Notes: generated by a model from the sequence alone, not told the origin. Shown: positions 1 to 13,500, numbered from the whole stretch's first letter. The stretch: 49,786 nt of DNA, filler included, from Jimgerdemannia flammicorona (GCA_003990765.1; 2 parts of 2 records of this genome joined end to end with filler, not necessarily neighbours in it), one strand, 5' to 3'. Program-made: numbers and translations.

Positions 1-3000
1 GGGGGCCTCTCCCCCCTACCCCTTCCCTGTGAAAGACCACTTTGTCAAATACTATTCCAACCCTCCCTCCACTCTGCTCACATATTCATATCACCAAACC
101 ATGACGATGTCCCCCCTAAGGACCCCAACCCACCCACCATCCAGTCAGCAAATCTCCTACCAGCTCCTCCCACCTCAACACCTTCTCTCGCAGCCCCAAC
201 CACTGCCCCTCCTTAAATACAAAAAGCCAATAGCCCACCAGTCCTACCCATACTGCTAACACCCATCCTACAGTGAGCCAACAATCCCCCACCCCACCCA
301 CAAGCCAAGATTTTAAGTCCTCCCAGCAACCCCCCTCCCCCACCAGCCAATGCCCAACACCCAGTCTATCTCCTATCTCAGCCCAAAATTCCCCCAAGAC
401 CTCACACTCTCCTAGCCAATGTTCTGGCATCTGTACATAACCCCCAGCTTGCCCAATATCATAACACTCCTCACAGTCAAATTGTCCACCCTCAACTAAA
501 TACCCCGAGCAGAAATTCAGCATGACATTCCTCCACAACATTCTCCACCATACCACCCAGTACTTGGGAGGGAGCCACCTCTGTACCTCAGCACTCCAAG
601 ACCAGATGCCTGCCCAGTCCCACTCCTCTCTGATTTCAACTGCCTGCCAGCCACTCAGCCAAAGGTCCTGGCCAAGCCCCTGCTGATACTCCACTCTCTC
701 CCCAATATTGAACGCCATCAGGGGAGTACCCCCCAGGAGCAGACTATCCCAATGCCACATATTAGGCCCCCACGCCACCTCCCCCTCATTACCTTGCCAG
801 TGCAGGCCAATTCGGTATGCTCCATCAGCCACTCCACACCAAAAGCCCTTGAACTGCAGCCTCTGAACTCCATTCAGCCCCACCAAAGAGAGCAGATCTC
901 CGGAGGACCCTTGAGGGGACGTTCCCATCTCCCATACCTTCTGCAGCAGAGGCACCCAACCTCTGCCCTGTAATTCCACAGCTCTCTTCAACCACCAGGC
1001 TCTCAAGCAGTGCAGCCTCTTAGGGAAATCCACCAGGCCAAGACCTCCCCTAACTACCGGTCTCACAAGAGTATCCCAACTGATCTGAGACCTCCTCCTC
1101 ACTCAAATCTAATCCCTAGCCACCTTCATTAGCTTCTTCACCACCCATGCTGGGAAGTCTAGGTGATATACCACATACCACAGCTTTGGGAACCAATATA
1201 CATTCAGGATTGATACCTGCCCTGCTAGAGAGATATGGTGGCCTCCCCATCCTCAAAGAGCCTCCCCCCAGCTGTTCACCTTGCCCTCCCACCACACTCA
1301 TGGCAAGACAGAACCATATATGGAGAGGAAGATGCCCAGATACCGCACCACCTCACCAGTAGGGACAATTATTCCAATGACATCCCCACCCACTAACCCA
1401 TTCCCTAGCACCATTGTCTCACACTTATGCCAGTTAAGTTTCGCCCCTGAATGAGCCTCATACCATTCCACAGTCTCCTGAAGTGCCTCTACATCCACCA
1501 CAGACCCAAGTCCAACCACCATATTATCAGCAAAGGCCCCTACCTTCCACACTATACTATATATAGAGAGCCCTGCTATCTTCTGGCGAATCCTATCCAT
1601 CAATGGCTCCAGTAAAAGGGCATAGAGAATCGGGGATAGAGGGTCCCCCTGAGGCACTCCTCTTTCCAAGGGAAATGCCCTCCCACGGTGACCATTACAT
1701 GTCAGAGCTGCCCAACTACTTTCCAGCAGACTCAATATAGAGGCCCTAAATGTTGGGGGAACACCATGCAGTCTAACACCTTTCCCAGCCACACCTGCTG
1801 TACATGGTCATAGGTCTTCTCCTGGTCCAGAAAGACCAACCTCCCATCCAGTCTACAGGCCCGAGCCCCTTCAATGACACCATGAACCCATGCAGTCCCA
1901 TCTTTTATTAGCCTACCCCCAACAAAGCCCCTCTGCTCTTCCCCCAGCACCTGTTGGGCAACCTTCTGCAGCCTTGCGACAATCACCTTAGTCACCATCT
2001 TCCTATCCATATCCAGAAGCATGATCAGCCTCCAGTTCTTCCAGTCTTCCCTTCTTCCCTTGTCTTTGTACAGTAGGGCCACCAGCCCCAGATCCTGCTC
2101 TCCAACCCATGTACCACTCTGAAGGATATGGTCACAAAGATCAGCCATCTCACCCAATACTCCAGGGACATTCACTATCTTCTTCCAGAAGTCCCAAGGC
2201 AATCCATCCTCCCCTGGCACTGTCCAAAGCTTAGTTGCTGCCAGGACACTCTGGATCTCCTCTCCCTGGACCAGTAAGATCAAGTTCCTCAGTCCATCAA
2301 CCTGCAGTGGTTCCCACTCCTCTAGTATATCTGCAATCTCTGCCTCATCTGCCCCCCCTTCTCTCTCACTCCACAAACCCTACCATCTCTCCTTCAAGAC
2401 CCCAAGGATTTGTTGCATGCCATGAACCATGTCCCCATCAGCATCCAGGACTCCATCCCACCGATGGCGCACCCTCCTAGCTTTAAGAAGTCTCGATAAG
2501 TACCTAGTAGGCCGCTCACCCTCCTTAAGCCCCTGCTACTGCAGCCTAGTAGCCATGCCCCACATATATATCTCCTCCTCTTCCCTCAGCACCTGTTGTA
2601 GTTCCACTATCTCCAATTTTGCCCTCACTATCCTCCAATCCTCCACCCCTACAACAGTGAGCAAGTCCGCCCAATCAATTTGTAATCTCCTCAGCCTGCT
2701 GGAAGCACACCTCGTGTGCCTCCTTCTCTGCCTCCCAGCCTCTCTATCAGCCTCTTCCCAATAAACCCTTGCAGCCTCTTTCAATCTCATCCAACAGACA
2801 GCTACAGGCAAACCCTCATGCTTCCAGGTACAAACTTTTGCCTGAATGTCCTCCACCCATAGTTCCCACAGCCTCTTCTCAGCCAACAGGGAGGAGTTAA
2901 GGTGCCAATGTCCAGGTCCATCTCCACTCCCCCCAAACTGCCTCTGTCCCAACAGTCTCCAGTGATCAGACCATGGGCACCACTCTACTTCCAATGCCTT

Positions 3001-3642
3001 CCAAACATCTGAACCCCAGCACTCTGCCGTCAAAATCCAGTCAATCCTTGTGCCCAGGCCATTCACCCAATGTGTGTAAACCCTGGTGGCACCCCACCTC
3101 ATTCGGCCTATATCCCCCAAGGAGCTCAGCGTCTCCACTTCCTCCCATGCATCCAGACCTCCACTTCTACCCCCGGCACCCCTCCCTCCATCAGTTCTAT
3201 CCAGACACTGATCCCGAACCATATTAAAGTCCCCACCAAGAACATCGACCCCTTCCTCCAAGAGGATGCCCTCCTCCAGCAATCCCCTAATCCATGCAGT
3301 CCTCTCACCCCTAGCCACAGGGCAGTAGCAAGAGCCCATCTTCACCAATTCCCACCCTGGCCAATGTCAATCTCCCCAGACCAAGCAATTGCCCCAGCTC
3401 CTGATTCTCCCCAAGTCTCCTCTGCCCTTCCTCACCAGAATTGCCACCTTTCCAAACTAAGCAGCAGCCCCCCCCCACTCCCTAGTCCACTCTGCCCGAT
3501 TGTCCTCATCCTCACATTGAACATCCTGCAATAAAAAGAGATCAGCCTCCAATCCCTTGAGCCAAGTAAAAATGTTCCTACACCACCCAGAGCCCCTTAG
3601 CCCATTCACATTCAAGGAAAAAATGTTGGTTGTACTGTTCAT
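1..3642 (-). pseudogene. LINE ORF2 (APE endonuclease + reverse transcriptase + C-terminal Cys/His motif), disrupted
   Basis: MNSTTNIFSLNVNGL, VLGGDFN, RIDWIL, WSDH (APE); PGEDGLP, DQEKTYD, GVPQGDPLSPILY, AFADN, YLGI (RT); CEEC...PEHWLGEC. Split over several ORFs by stops and frameshifts. Confidence 0.92.
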
Positions 3643-3674
3643 AAGGAATAATGATATATGTCAGGGCCCATCCT

Positions 3675-5710
3675 CTATAAGTTGGCATCCTGCCTCTCCT
3701 GCACCAAGTCCAAGTTAAGTTCAGCAGCCAGTTCCCTCTCCCCAGCTTCCCGTGCCTCCAACTCTCCCAGAAGTTCTACCATTGCCCCGTCCTCATGCTC
3801 CTCAAAATTCTCGTGATACTCCAGACAGGCCTTCTGCCAGAGCTGTAGACCATGATGCTCTGCCCAACAGTAATCTCCCTGCACACCAGCGACCACCCCC
3901 AGCTCTGCCTTCCTCACCTCGTCAACCTCATATCCCTCCTCCTCTAGCAAAATCACCAGAAATTCTACCTTCAGTGCCTCCACCATTCCATCCCCATGCA
4001 GGATCCTTGCCCAATGCTCCTCAGGCATTGCCCACAGGTCCACCTCCCCCAACGCTTCTGCTGCGAGGTTATCCATCACCTTGCGTACCCACAACAAGTT
4101 CCCCACCTCTTTCTCTCCCAGAGTCCTCAGTCACCCTGCATCCAACATCATGGTGTCAGCTCCTACACTAGCAGCCTCATCCCACTCCTCCTCAGGGACA
4201 TCCACCAGCTCATCCTCGCCAACCGTCACCACCTGACCCCCTTGAGCCATATCAGGGACTCCAAAACACACCTGCTGGGTCCCCTGCATCTGTGTATCCT
4301 CTGTCCTCCCTCGCTTCCCCACTGGGCCCCTCCTGATAAGTGGGGGGGGGGGTGGCATCCACCTCCAGCTCCCACACTTCAAAGGTACCATCAGCAAATG
4401 GGTCCTTGTCCAGCCCCTTCCCAGTCCCTGCCTCCTTCGCCTCCACCTCCTCTCTCCCTTTACTAGCCCAGACACTGGCCTCAGCGCCTCCAGCCTCCTC
4501 AGCTTCACCTGCCTTCTTCTTCCCCCCACCAGTCATACTCGCCAACAGCTCCTTCTGCTTCTTGCATCCCTGAATCCACTCCCACTGCTTCTTATCCATA
4601 TGGATATGCCTCCCGCTCACAACATCCAGATTTGTCAACTCCTCATACAGTTTCCAGGCCTTCGCCCTCCTCTCTACAGTACCACCCAACTCCTCCAGTG
4701 CCTCCAACAAGTCCTCCTCCTCCTCTTCGCTCCCCTTCACCCTCAACACCTTGCAGATGACAGTCCCCCACATCAGCACCGAGGGCCAATCACTCATCTT
4801 CCCTGTGACCTCCTTCCCTGCCAACCGAATCCTGATATCAACGTTGCCTGTCCTGATAGTTGTCCCCTCCCACAACTGAAAGCCAATGTCCACCACATCG
4901 CCATACTCAACCATCACCTCCTTCACCCTCCTCCTCGTCTCCTCCTTAGTCACTGTGGGCACCCCCCTCACCAGAAGCTGTACCACCCTAGGGTCCCACC
5001 TCAAGCACCTTACCATGGGGACCACCACCTCCCTAACCACCACTCCCATCTTCATGGCCTTGTCCAGTAGGCCCACCTCCTCAAAGCCTACCTCAACCCC
5101 CTCCATGCTCTTCAGGAACTTCACCGAAGCTGCTCCAGCCACCTGCCTCGAGATAAGCCCCAGGACCATCCTTGCCATCACCACCAAGCCTCAGAAGCAC
5201 AAGGTAGCTGCGAACTCCGAGATTGACTTCTTGAGCAATGGGGCTACCACCAGTCCCGTTACACCATCTGCTAGATCCCCCTTCCTCATTGGGAACCCCT
5301 GCCCCCCCTGGCCATCAGCTGTCACATCTCTTTTTTTTTTCCTGATTTGCCATCATGCCACCATCAGCAGTCCCACCACTACCCGCAGCAGTCCCTCCAC
5401 TACCCCCACCTCCCACCAGCAAAGGCCCAGTACCCCCAGCAGTTCCATCCTTCTGCTTCCCCTTCCCTCCTGCCGGTCCACCACAAGTACCTAATGGCCA
5501 GCCCCCATCCCTCAGCATGTCCGCAAAGCTCCTCCTCTGCTTCCCTCTGGCCCCCCCACTAGTGCCACCTCCACTCTCCGAGCTGCCCTGCCCACTTGAG
5601 CCACCGAAAGACCCCATCCCCAATCCATACCCTCTCCCGACATGCTGCCAGTTGAAGGCCCCAGGTCCACCCGACCTAGTACATGCATCAGCTTACTTGC
5701 TGGTAGACAT
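3675..5710 (-). pseudogene. LINE family A ORF1 (Gly-rich N-terminus, RRM-like region, acidic C-terminus), disrupted
   Basis: ORFs 5315-5623, 4252-5187 and 3675-4106 lie directly upstream of ORF2. RRM-like VQLLVRGVP...YGDVVDIGF...TGNVDIRIRL. ATG at 5710 matches copy-2 ATG at 16252. Confidence 0.8.
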
Positions 5711-5793
5711 CTCCTTAATATCTTTCTCCAATAAACACTTTGAAAGTGTGTTGTAAAGTGTGTGTAATGTGAATTGTAGTGGAGAGAGATATA

Positions 5794-6665
5794 TGTCGCC
5801 CCCACCACTGTGCTATTGGCTGGCCACCATACTTCCACCATGCTACTTCCTGTCTTGCGATTTTAACAAACTTGTCTCACTCCACCTGTCTCTTGAGTAG
5901 TGCCACATTAAGCCTCCATCTACCTCCACTACCACTGGTCACCTGGAATCTCCCACACACCTCCACATCCCAGTAATCTGACCAGAGACACCACTGTACC
6001 TCTGACAAGTCCAAAATATTACCCCAGCATTCTGCTATCAGGATCCAGTCAATCCTTGTCCCAACCAAATTCTCACCAATCGGATGCCATCTAGTAAATG
6101 GCCCTGACTTCTCACCTTGATGTTGCCATACTCCATTAACCAATCCCATTTCCTTCTCAGCTTGAAGCCATTGTGAGAGCCCAGTGGAGACTACCATACT
6201 GACTCCACCATCCGACCTATCTAATGTCCTATCATGCACCATATTAAAGTCCCCTCCCAGAATGTCCAGCCCAATCTCATCTTGGCCTCCCCAATCCAGC
6301 CAACCTTCCACCTATTGATTTCACTCCCTGCCAACTACCAGCAGATACACTGAGCCAACCACCAATCCATCACCAGCTCCTCCTTTCAATCTCCCCCAGA
6401 CCAATTGATCACCATAATTCTCAACCTCCTTCAGTTCTCCTCTCCCCACTCCAATCAAGATGCCCACCTGCTCATTCCACCCTGCACTACCAAATCATTC
6501 CTTGCTCCACTCCTCATAATCTTGCTCTCTATAGACCTGAATGTCCTGTAGAAATACCACATCATACCTCTGGTTCTTCAGCCACCGAAACAAATGCCTC
6601 TGCTTCACTCCATCCCACAAACCATTGACATTTAGCAATAATATATGTAGACTGTTCATCATCAT
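5794..6665 (-). pseudogene. LINE family B ORF2 N-terminal APE endonuclease fragment
   Basis: MMMNSLHILLLNVNGL at 6665, ILGGDFN, TRIDWILI, WSDY, WRLNVALL; internal stops. Confidence 0.85.
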
Positions 6666-6677
6666 GAATATAAATGT

Positions 6678-8522
6678 TTAAAGCTCAGCCGGAGTTGCCA
6701 CCACCTTTTTGGCCCTATCACAGATTATTGTCTTCTGTTTCTCACAGATAGCCCTCCAGATGCGGGCTCCATTTGCACTACTGCAGAAGGCATCCACTCG
6801 CTCCGATGCCACCCTCCTGATATCAGCCATATGATCCTCATCCACCTCATATTCTTCATCATCCAGAAGTGCTGCCACCATCACTGTCACCAACTTCGGC
6901 CCCTGCAGCGCCACATTGAGGAACCCTTCCCAGGCCTCCTGTGATCCGTTAAATACATCTACTTCCTTGATATCCTCCTCTGCAAGTTCCTCAAGCACTG
7001 CCTGATACCAGTCATCCGCTATCATCACCATGGGCCCAGGCATGGCTGGCCTTGGGGTCCTGCTCAGCTCTTGCAGCATCTCTCTATCCGCCAACACATC
7101 GGAAGCCACATCCACCAGGTTATCCTCCTCAGTGCCTTTCTCTAGCCGAACTACTTCGCCTGCTTCTGGGCATTCCCAATGAATATTCGCTACACCTGCT
7201 ATGTGGACATCCTCCAACTGGGTCTCCGGTACCACCTCAATAGTCTCCTCAAAGCCCCCAGTGTTCACCTCCTCCTTATCTGCCCACTTCCCCTTTACTG
7301 GTGCATGAGTGGAGCTCTCCACTCCCACTAGTTGCACAAAGGACACCTCAACTGTCTCCACCTCTTCCATCTGATTCTTGGCCACCTCTGCTCTCTCTTT
7401 TTCCTCCTTTTCCATGCCCTGGAGGACCGTCTGCAGGTGCTCCCAGTTTGTCCTTTGCCACCTCTTTCTCTTCTCATCTGTCGGGATCCAGATCCAGTCC
7501 TTGGCGAACTCCTCCCATCTCCTCTTCCACAATTCCTTCGCAGCCTCTCTCTCCTCTAGGGCGACTAGCAATTTCTCCTCCTCCTGTTTGGAACCTTTCC
7601 TTCTCCACACTTTGCACTCCTGCCCTCCAATACGAATCACTTCCGGGTAGTCTCTCCCTTGCCCTGTGGCCTCCTTACTCTCCAGTCTCACCATCACCTC
7701 ACAATTGCCATTCCTCAGCTTGGTTCCCTCCCAGAACATGAATCTGAAGTCAACCATCTCGCCAAATGCCCCCAGTGCCTCTGCCACCATTCCCTTGGTC
7801 TCCTGTCTACCCAGTGTTGGCAGCCCTTCCACCACCAGTTGCACTGCCCACAGGTCCCACCTCAGACACCTCGCCATGCCAACCTTGATGCTCTTGATGA
7901 TCAGCCCTTTCTCCAGGGCCTTCACCATCTCCTCCTCCTCAACAAATTCTATCTCCACCGCCTCCACTGATGGGATGAAATTCAGTGACTCAGCCCCTGC
8001 AATCTCCTCTCCCACTAGCCACAAGACCTCTCTAGCAGACATCCCCAGCTCTAAGAAATTCACCGAAATAGCCCACATTGACACCGACTTGTGGAAGAAG
8101 GGACAGACCACCAGCTCACCAGAACCCACCACCATCATCGCCTTCTTCTTGTTCTCTGATACTCCAGCAGTTACCCCAGCCACCGGCCCAGCCCCAGGAA
8201 TACCAGTCCCAGCCACACTTCTTCCAGACCCCTGGCCCCTAGCAGGCACCTGACCAGTCACCTGACCAGTCACCTGGCCGGTCATCTGACTCCTACCCCT
8301 GTCAACACTATGTCCCCCCTGCCCTACCCCCATGGGCCTGGCAGCCGCCCTCCTGCCCCCCATCACCATGTGCCAACTCTCAATACCTGTCTGCCTCCTC
8401 TGACCACCTGCATTTCTTGCCCCTATACTAGCCCCAACTATCGCTGCGAAACTCTTAGAAAGACCCAGACCAGGCCTCCTTCTCTCCAAATGCTCAGAGC
8501 TTGATGAACCCTGGGTCACCAT
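6678..8522 (-). CDS. LINE family B ORF1 protein (~614 aa, uninterrupted frame)
   Basis: Open frame 6678-8711 of the ORF track. Probable ATG at 8522 (MVTQGSSS), since the extreme 5' part of the track ORF lies in family A sequence. RRM-like core; GQVT repeat at ~8248-8285. Confidence 0.72.
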   Translation of the reverse strand: MVTQGSSSSEHLERRRPGLGLSKSFAAIVGASIGARNAGGQRRQTGIESWHMVMGGRRAAARPMGVGQGGHSVDRGRSQMTGQVTGQVTGQVPARGQGSGRSVAGTGIPGAGPVAGVTAGVSENKKKAMMVVGSGELVVCPFFHKSVSMWAISVNFLELGMSAREVLWLVGEEIAGAESLNFIPSVEAVEIEFVEEEEMVKALEKGLIIKSIKVGMARCLRWDLWAVQLVVEGLPTLGRQETKGMVAEALGAFGEMVDFRFMFWEGTKLRNGNCEVMVRLESKEATGQGRDYPEVIRIGGQECKVWRRKGSKQEEEKLLVALEEREAAKELWKRRWEEFAKDWIWIPTDEKRKRWQRTNWEHLQTVLQGMEKEEKERAEVAKNQMEEVETVEVSFVQLVGVESSTHAPVKGKWADKEEVNTGGFEETIEVVPETQLEDVHIAGVANIHWECPEAGEVVRLEKGTEEDNLVDVASDVLADREMLQELSRTPRPAMPGPMVMIADDWYQAVLEELAEEDIKEVDVFNGSQEAWEGFLNVALQGPKLVTVMVAALLDDEEYEVDEDHMADIRRVASERVDAFCSSANGARIWRAICEKQKTIICDRAKKVVATPAEL

Positions 8523-8695
8523 CTGACAAAAACTCCACCAAAACTGATGAGACTTGTTGTATATTGTAGCTAGACTCCGGCCACACCTTATACATACACC
8601 AGAATAGATGATGGGAAAACTTGAAAACATGTTGCTTGTCACAAAAAGATGTCTGTGTGGCTTAGCTTGCTCTGAATGGTTCGAGCAAAAGGAGT

Positions 8696-10466
8696 CCTTG
8701 GCAGCTCCCACTCTTCTAGTGTATCTGCAATTTCTGCCTCATCAGCGCCCCCTTCTCCCTCACTCTATAAACCCTACCATCTTTCCTTCAATATCCCTAA
8801 GATTTGTTGTGTGCTATGTACTATGTCCCCACCATCATCCAGGACTCCATCCCACTGATGTTGTACCCTCCTAGCTTTGAGGAGTCTTGAAAGGTACCTA
8901 GTAGGCCGCTCCCCCTCCTCAAGCCCCTGCCACCATAGTCTGGCAGCCAAACCCTACATATGAGTCTCCTCCTCTTCCCTCAACACCTGTTGAAGTTCCA
9001 CTATCTCCAATTTCGCCCTCTCTATCCTCCAATCCTCTACCCCAACAATAGTGAGCAAATCCACCCACTCCATTTGTAGTCTCCTCAGCCTGCTGGTAGC
9101 ACACCTCATGCACCTCCTCCTCTGCCTCCCAGCCTCACTACCAGCCCCTCCCCAATAAACCCTCATAGCCTCTTTCAATCTCATCCAGTGGACAGCCACA
9201 GGCAGACCTTCACACCACCAGATCAAAACTTTTGCCTGAATGTCCTTTGCCCACAATTCCCACAACTCCTTCTTAGCCAGCAGGGAGGAGTTAAGGCACC
9301 AATGTCCAGGTCCATCTCCACTCCCCCCAAACTGCCCCTGCCCCAACAGTCCCCAGTGATCAGACCATGGGCACCACTCCACTCCCAATGCCTTCCAAAC
9401 ATCTGAACCCCAGCACTCTGCCATCAGAATCCAGTCAATTCTTGTGCCCAAGCCATTCACCCAATGCATGTAGACCCTGTCATCACCCCACCTCGTTCTG
9501 CCCATATCCCCCAAGAAACTCAATGTCTCCACCTCCTCCCATACATCCAGACCTCCACTTCTATCCCTGGCACTCCTCCCTCCATCAGTTCTGTCCAGAC
9601 GCTGATCCTGAACCATATTGAAGTCTCCACTGAGAACATCAACCCCTTCCTCCAAGAGAATACCCTCCTCCAGCAGCCCCCTAATCCACGCAGTCCTCTC
9701 ACCCCGAACTGCAGGGCAGTAGCAAGAGCCCACCTTCACCGATTCCCACCCTGGTCGATACCAATCTCCCTAGACTAAGCGATCACCCCGGCTCCTGATA
9801 CCCCCCAAGTCACCTCTGCCCCTCCTCACCAGAATCGCTACCTTTCCAAACCAAGCAGCAGCCCCACTCCATTCTCTAGTCTACTCTACCTGATCATCCT
9901 CATCCTCACACCAAACATCCTGTAGTAAAAAAAGATCAGCCTCCAATCCCTTGAGCCAAGTAAAAATGTTCTTATGCCACCCAGAGCCCCTTAACCCATT
10001 CACATTCAAGGAGACAATATTGGTTGTACTGTTCATTAAGAATACTGATATAGCATAGTCTCATCCTCTACAAGTCCACATTCCACTCCTCCTGCACCAA
10101 GTCCAAGTCATGTTCAGCAGCTAGTTCCCTCTCCCCAGCCTCCCATGCTGCCAACTCTCCAAGAAGTTCTACCATTGCCCCATCTTCATGCTCCTCAAAG
10201 TCCTCCCAATACTCCAGACAGGCCTCCTGCCAGAGCCTCAGACTATGATGCTCCACCCAACAGTATGTCGCCCATTCACCAGCAACTACCCCCAACTCTG
10301 TTTTCCTCACATTGTCAACCTCATATCTCTCCTCCTCCAGGAAAATTGCCAGAATCTCCACCTTCAGTACCTCCACCATTCCATCACCATGCAGAATTCA
10401 TGCCCAATACTCCTCAGGCATCGCCCACAGGTCCACTTTTCCCAAAGCCTCTGCTGCAAGATTATC
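8696..10466 (-). mobile_element. LINE family A internal fragment (end of ORF1, APE, linker), truncated at both ends
   Basis: Colinear with ~2305-4070. ORF 8954-9739 is an APE paralog of 2536-3348; ORF2 ATG at 10036. Confidence 0.9.
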
Positions 10467-10541
10467 TTTTTTTATAGTCACTTGGACTCCCATTCTTTAT
10501 TAATACCCATCTATCCCATATAATTACAATGATCCCACCCC

Positions 10542-13500
10542 CTATCCAATCCCCCTAGGGGGGGCCCCCCCTTCTATCCCTTCTCTGTGAAAGACCACTT
10601 TGTCAAACACTATCCCCACTCTCCCACCACTCTGCTCACAGATCCTTATCACCAAACTGCGACATCGTCCTCCCTGAGGACCCCAACCCATCCACCACCC
10701 AGTCAGCAGATCCCCCACCAGCTCCTCCCATCTTAACACCTTCTTATGCAGCCCCAACCACTGCTCCTCCTCAAATACAAAAAGCCAGTGGCCTGCTAGT
10801 CCCACCCATACTGCTAACACCCAACCTACAGTAAGCCAACTATCCCCCACCCCACCTACAAGCTGAGATCTTAAGTCCTCCCAGTGAACTCCCTCTCCCA
10901 TCTGCTGACGCCCCACATCCAGTTGATCCCCAATCTCAGCCCAAAATTCCCCAAGACCTCACTCTTCCAGCCAATGTTCCAGCATCTGTACATAACCTCC
11001 AGCCTGCCCAACATCGTAACACTCCTCACAGTCAAATTGTCCACCCGCTACTAAATGCCCTGAGCAGAAATTCAGCATGACATTCCTTCACAACATTCGC
11101 CACCATACCACCCAGAACTTGGGAGGAAGCCACCACCATACCTCAGCACTCCAAGACCAGATGCCTGCCCAGTCCCACTCCTCTCCAATTCCAACCACCT
11201 GCCAGCTACTTGGCCAAAGGTCCTGGCCAAGCCCCTGCTGACACTCCACTCCCTCGCCAATATCGAATGCAGCCAGCGGAGTACCCCCCAGGAGCAGTCT
11301 ATCCCAGCACCACATATTAGGCCCCCACGCCACCTCCCCCTCATTACCTTGCTATTGCAGGCCAATTCGGTGTGCTCCATTAGCCACTCTCCACCAAAAG
11401 CCCTTAAACTGCAGCCTCCAAACTCCATTCAGCCCCACCAAAGAGAGCAAATCTCCAGAGGACCCTTGGGGGGATGTTCGCATCTCCCATACCTTCTGCA
11501 GCAGAGGCACCCAACCTCCACCCTGCAATTCCACAGCTCTCTTCAACCACCAGACTCTCAAGCAGTACAGCCTCTTAGGGAAATCCACCAGGCCAAGACC
11601 TCCCTTGACTACCGGTCTCGCAAGGGTATCCCAACTGACCTGGGACCTCCTCCCCACCCAAATCCAATCTCTAGCCACCTTTGTCAGCTTCTTCACCACC
11701 CATGCTGGGAAGTCGAGGTGATATGCTACATACCACAGCTTTGGGAACCAATATACATTCAGGATTGACACCCGCCCTGCTAGAGAGATATGGCGGCCTC
11801 CCCAACCTTGAAGGACCTCCCCCCAACTATTCACCCTGCCCTCCCACCACACTCGTGGCAAGACAGAACCATATACAGAGAGGAAGATGCCCAGATACCA
11901 CACCACCTCACCAGTAGAGACAATTGTTCCAATGACGTCCCCACCCACTAGCCCATTCCCCAGCACCATTGTCTCACACTTATGCCAGTTGAGTTTTGCC
12001 CCTGAGTGAGCCTCATACCATTCCACAGTCTCCTGAAGTGCCACTACATCTGCCACAGACCCAAGTCCAACCACCATATCATCAGCAAAGGCCCCCACCT
12101 TCCACACTATACTATATATAGAGAGCCCTGCTACCTTCTGATGAAATGGCTCCAGTGACAGGGCATAGAGGATCGGGAATAGGGGGTCCCCCTGAGGTAC
12201 TCCTCTTCCCAAGGAAAATGCCCTCCTGTGGTGACCATTACACGTCAGAGCTGCCCGACTACTTTCCAGTAGACTTAACATAGAGGCCCTAAATGTTGGG
12301 GGAACACCAATTCAGTCCAGCACCTTTCCCAGCCACATCCACCGTACATGATCGTAGACCTTCTCCTGGTCCAGAAAAACCAACCTTCCATCCAGTCCAC
12401 AGGCCCGGGCCCCTTCAATGACACCATGAACCCATGCAGTCCCATCTCTTATTAGTCTGCCCCCAACGAAGCCCCTCTGCTCTTCCCCCAGCACCTGTTG
12501 GACAATCTTCTGCAGCCTCACAACAATCACCTTAGTCACCATCTTCCTGTCCATATCCAGAAGCATGATCGGCCTCCAGTTCTTCCAGTCTTCCCTCCTT
12601 CTCTTGTCTTTATACAGTAAGGCCACCAGCCCCAGATCCTGCTCTCCAATCCACTCCCCACTCTGAATGACATGGTCACAAAGATCGGCCATCTCTCCCA
12701 ATACTTCGGGGACATTTACCATCTTCTTCCAGAAGTCCCAAGGCAATCCATCCTCCCCTGGTGCCGTCCCAAGTTTAGTTGCTGCCAGGACACTCTGGAT
12801 CTCCTCCCCCTGCACTGGTAAGATCAAATCCCCCAGTCCAGCAACCTACGGTGGCCCCCACTCATCTAGTGTATTCACAATCTCTGCCTCATCTGCACCC
12901 CCTTCTCCCTCACTCCACAAACCCTGCCATCTCTCCTTCAAGACCCCCAGGATTCATTGCGTGCTATGAACCATGACTCCATCAGCATCCAAGACCCCAT
13001 CCTACCGATGATGCCCTCTCCTAGCCTTGAGAAGCCTCGATAAGTACCTAGTAGGCCACTCACCCTCCTCAAGCCCCTGCCACTGCAGCCTAGCAGCCAT
13101 GCCCCACATATAGTTCTCCTCCTCTTCTCTCAGCACCTGTTGTAGTTCCACTATCTCCAATTTTGCCCTTTCTATCCTCCAATCCTCCACCCCTACAATA
13201 GTGAGCAAGTCTGCCCAAACTATTTGTAGTCTCCTCAGCCTGCTGGAAGTACACCTCATGTGCCTCCTTCTCTGCCTCCCAGCCTCTCTACCAGCCTCTC
13301 CCCAATAAACTCTAGCAGCCTCTTTCAACCTCATCCAGTGGACAGCCACAGGCAAACCCTCATGCTTCCAGATAAAAACTTTCACCTGAATGTCCTCTGC
13401 CCACAGTTCCCACAGCCCCTTCTCAGCCAGCAGGGAGGAGTTAAGGTACCAATGTCCGGGTCCATCTTCACTCCCCCCAAACTGCCCCTGCCCCAACAGT

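Larger units (their letters stand above)
1..5793 (-). mobile_element. L1/Tx1-like non-LTR retrotransposon, family A copy 1 (complete 5' end; 3' end runs off window start)
   Basis: ORF1 and ORF2 (APE-RT-Cys motif) on minus strand. Colinear with 10467-16334; both copies start at the same 5' sequence ATATCTCTCTCYACTACAATTCACATTACAC. Confidence 0.93.
5794..8695 (-). mobile_element. L1/Tx1-like LINE family B, 5' part (ORF1 + APE), cut off by family A copy 1
   Basis: ORF1 homologous to family A ORF1 (RCLRWD...VQLVVEGLP...FWEGT), followed by an APE start. Sequence switches to family A at both ends; boundaries approximate. Confidence 0.85.

Noticed and set aside
8523..8711. N-terminal extension of the 677-aa ORF
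   Set aside because: Begins inside the adjacent family A fragment and crosses the family B 5' UTR; the real start is probably 8522 (or 8630).
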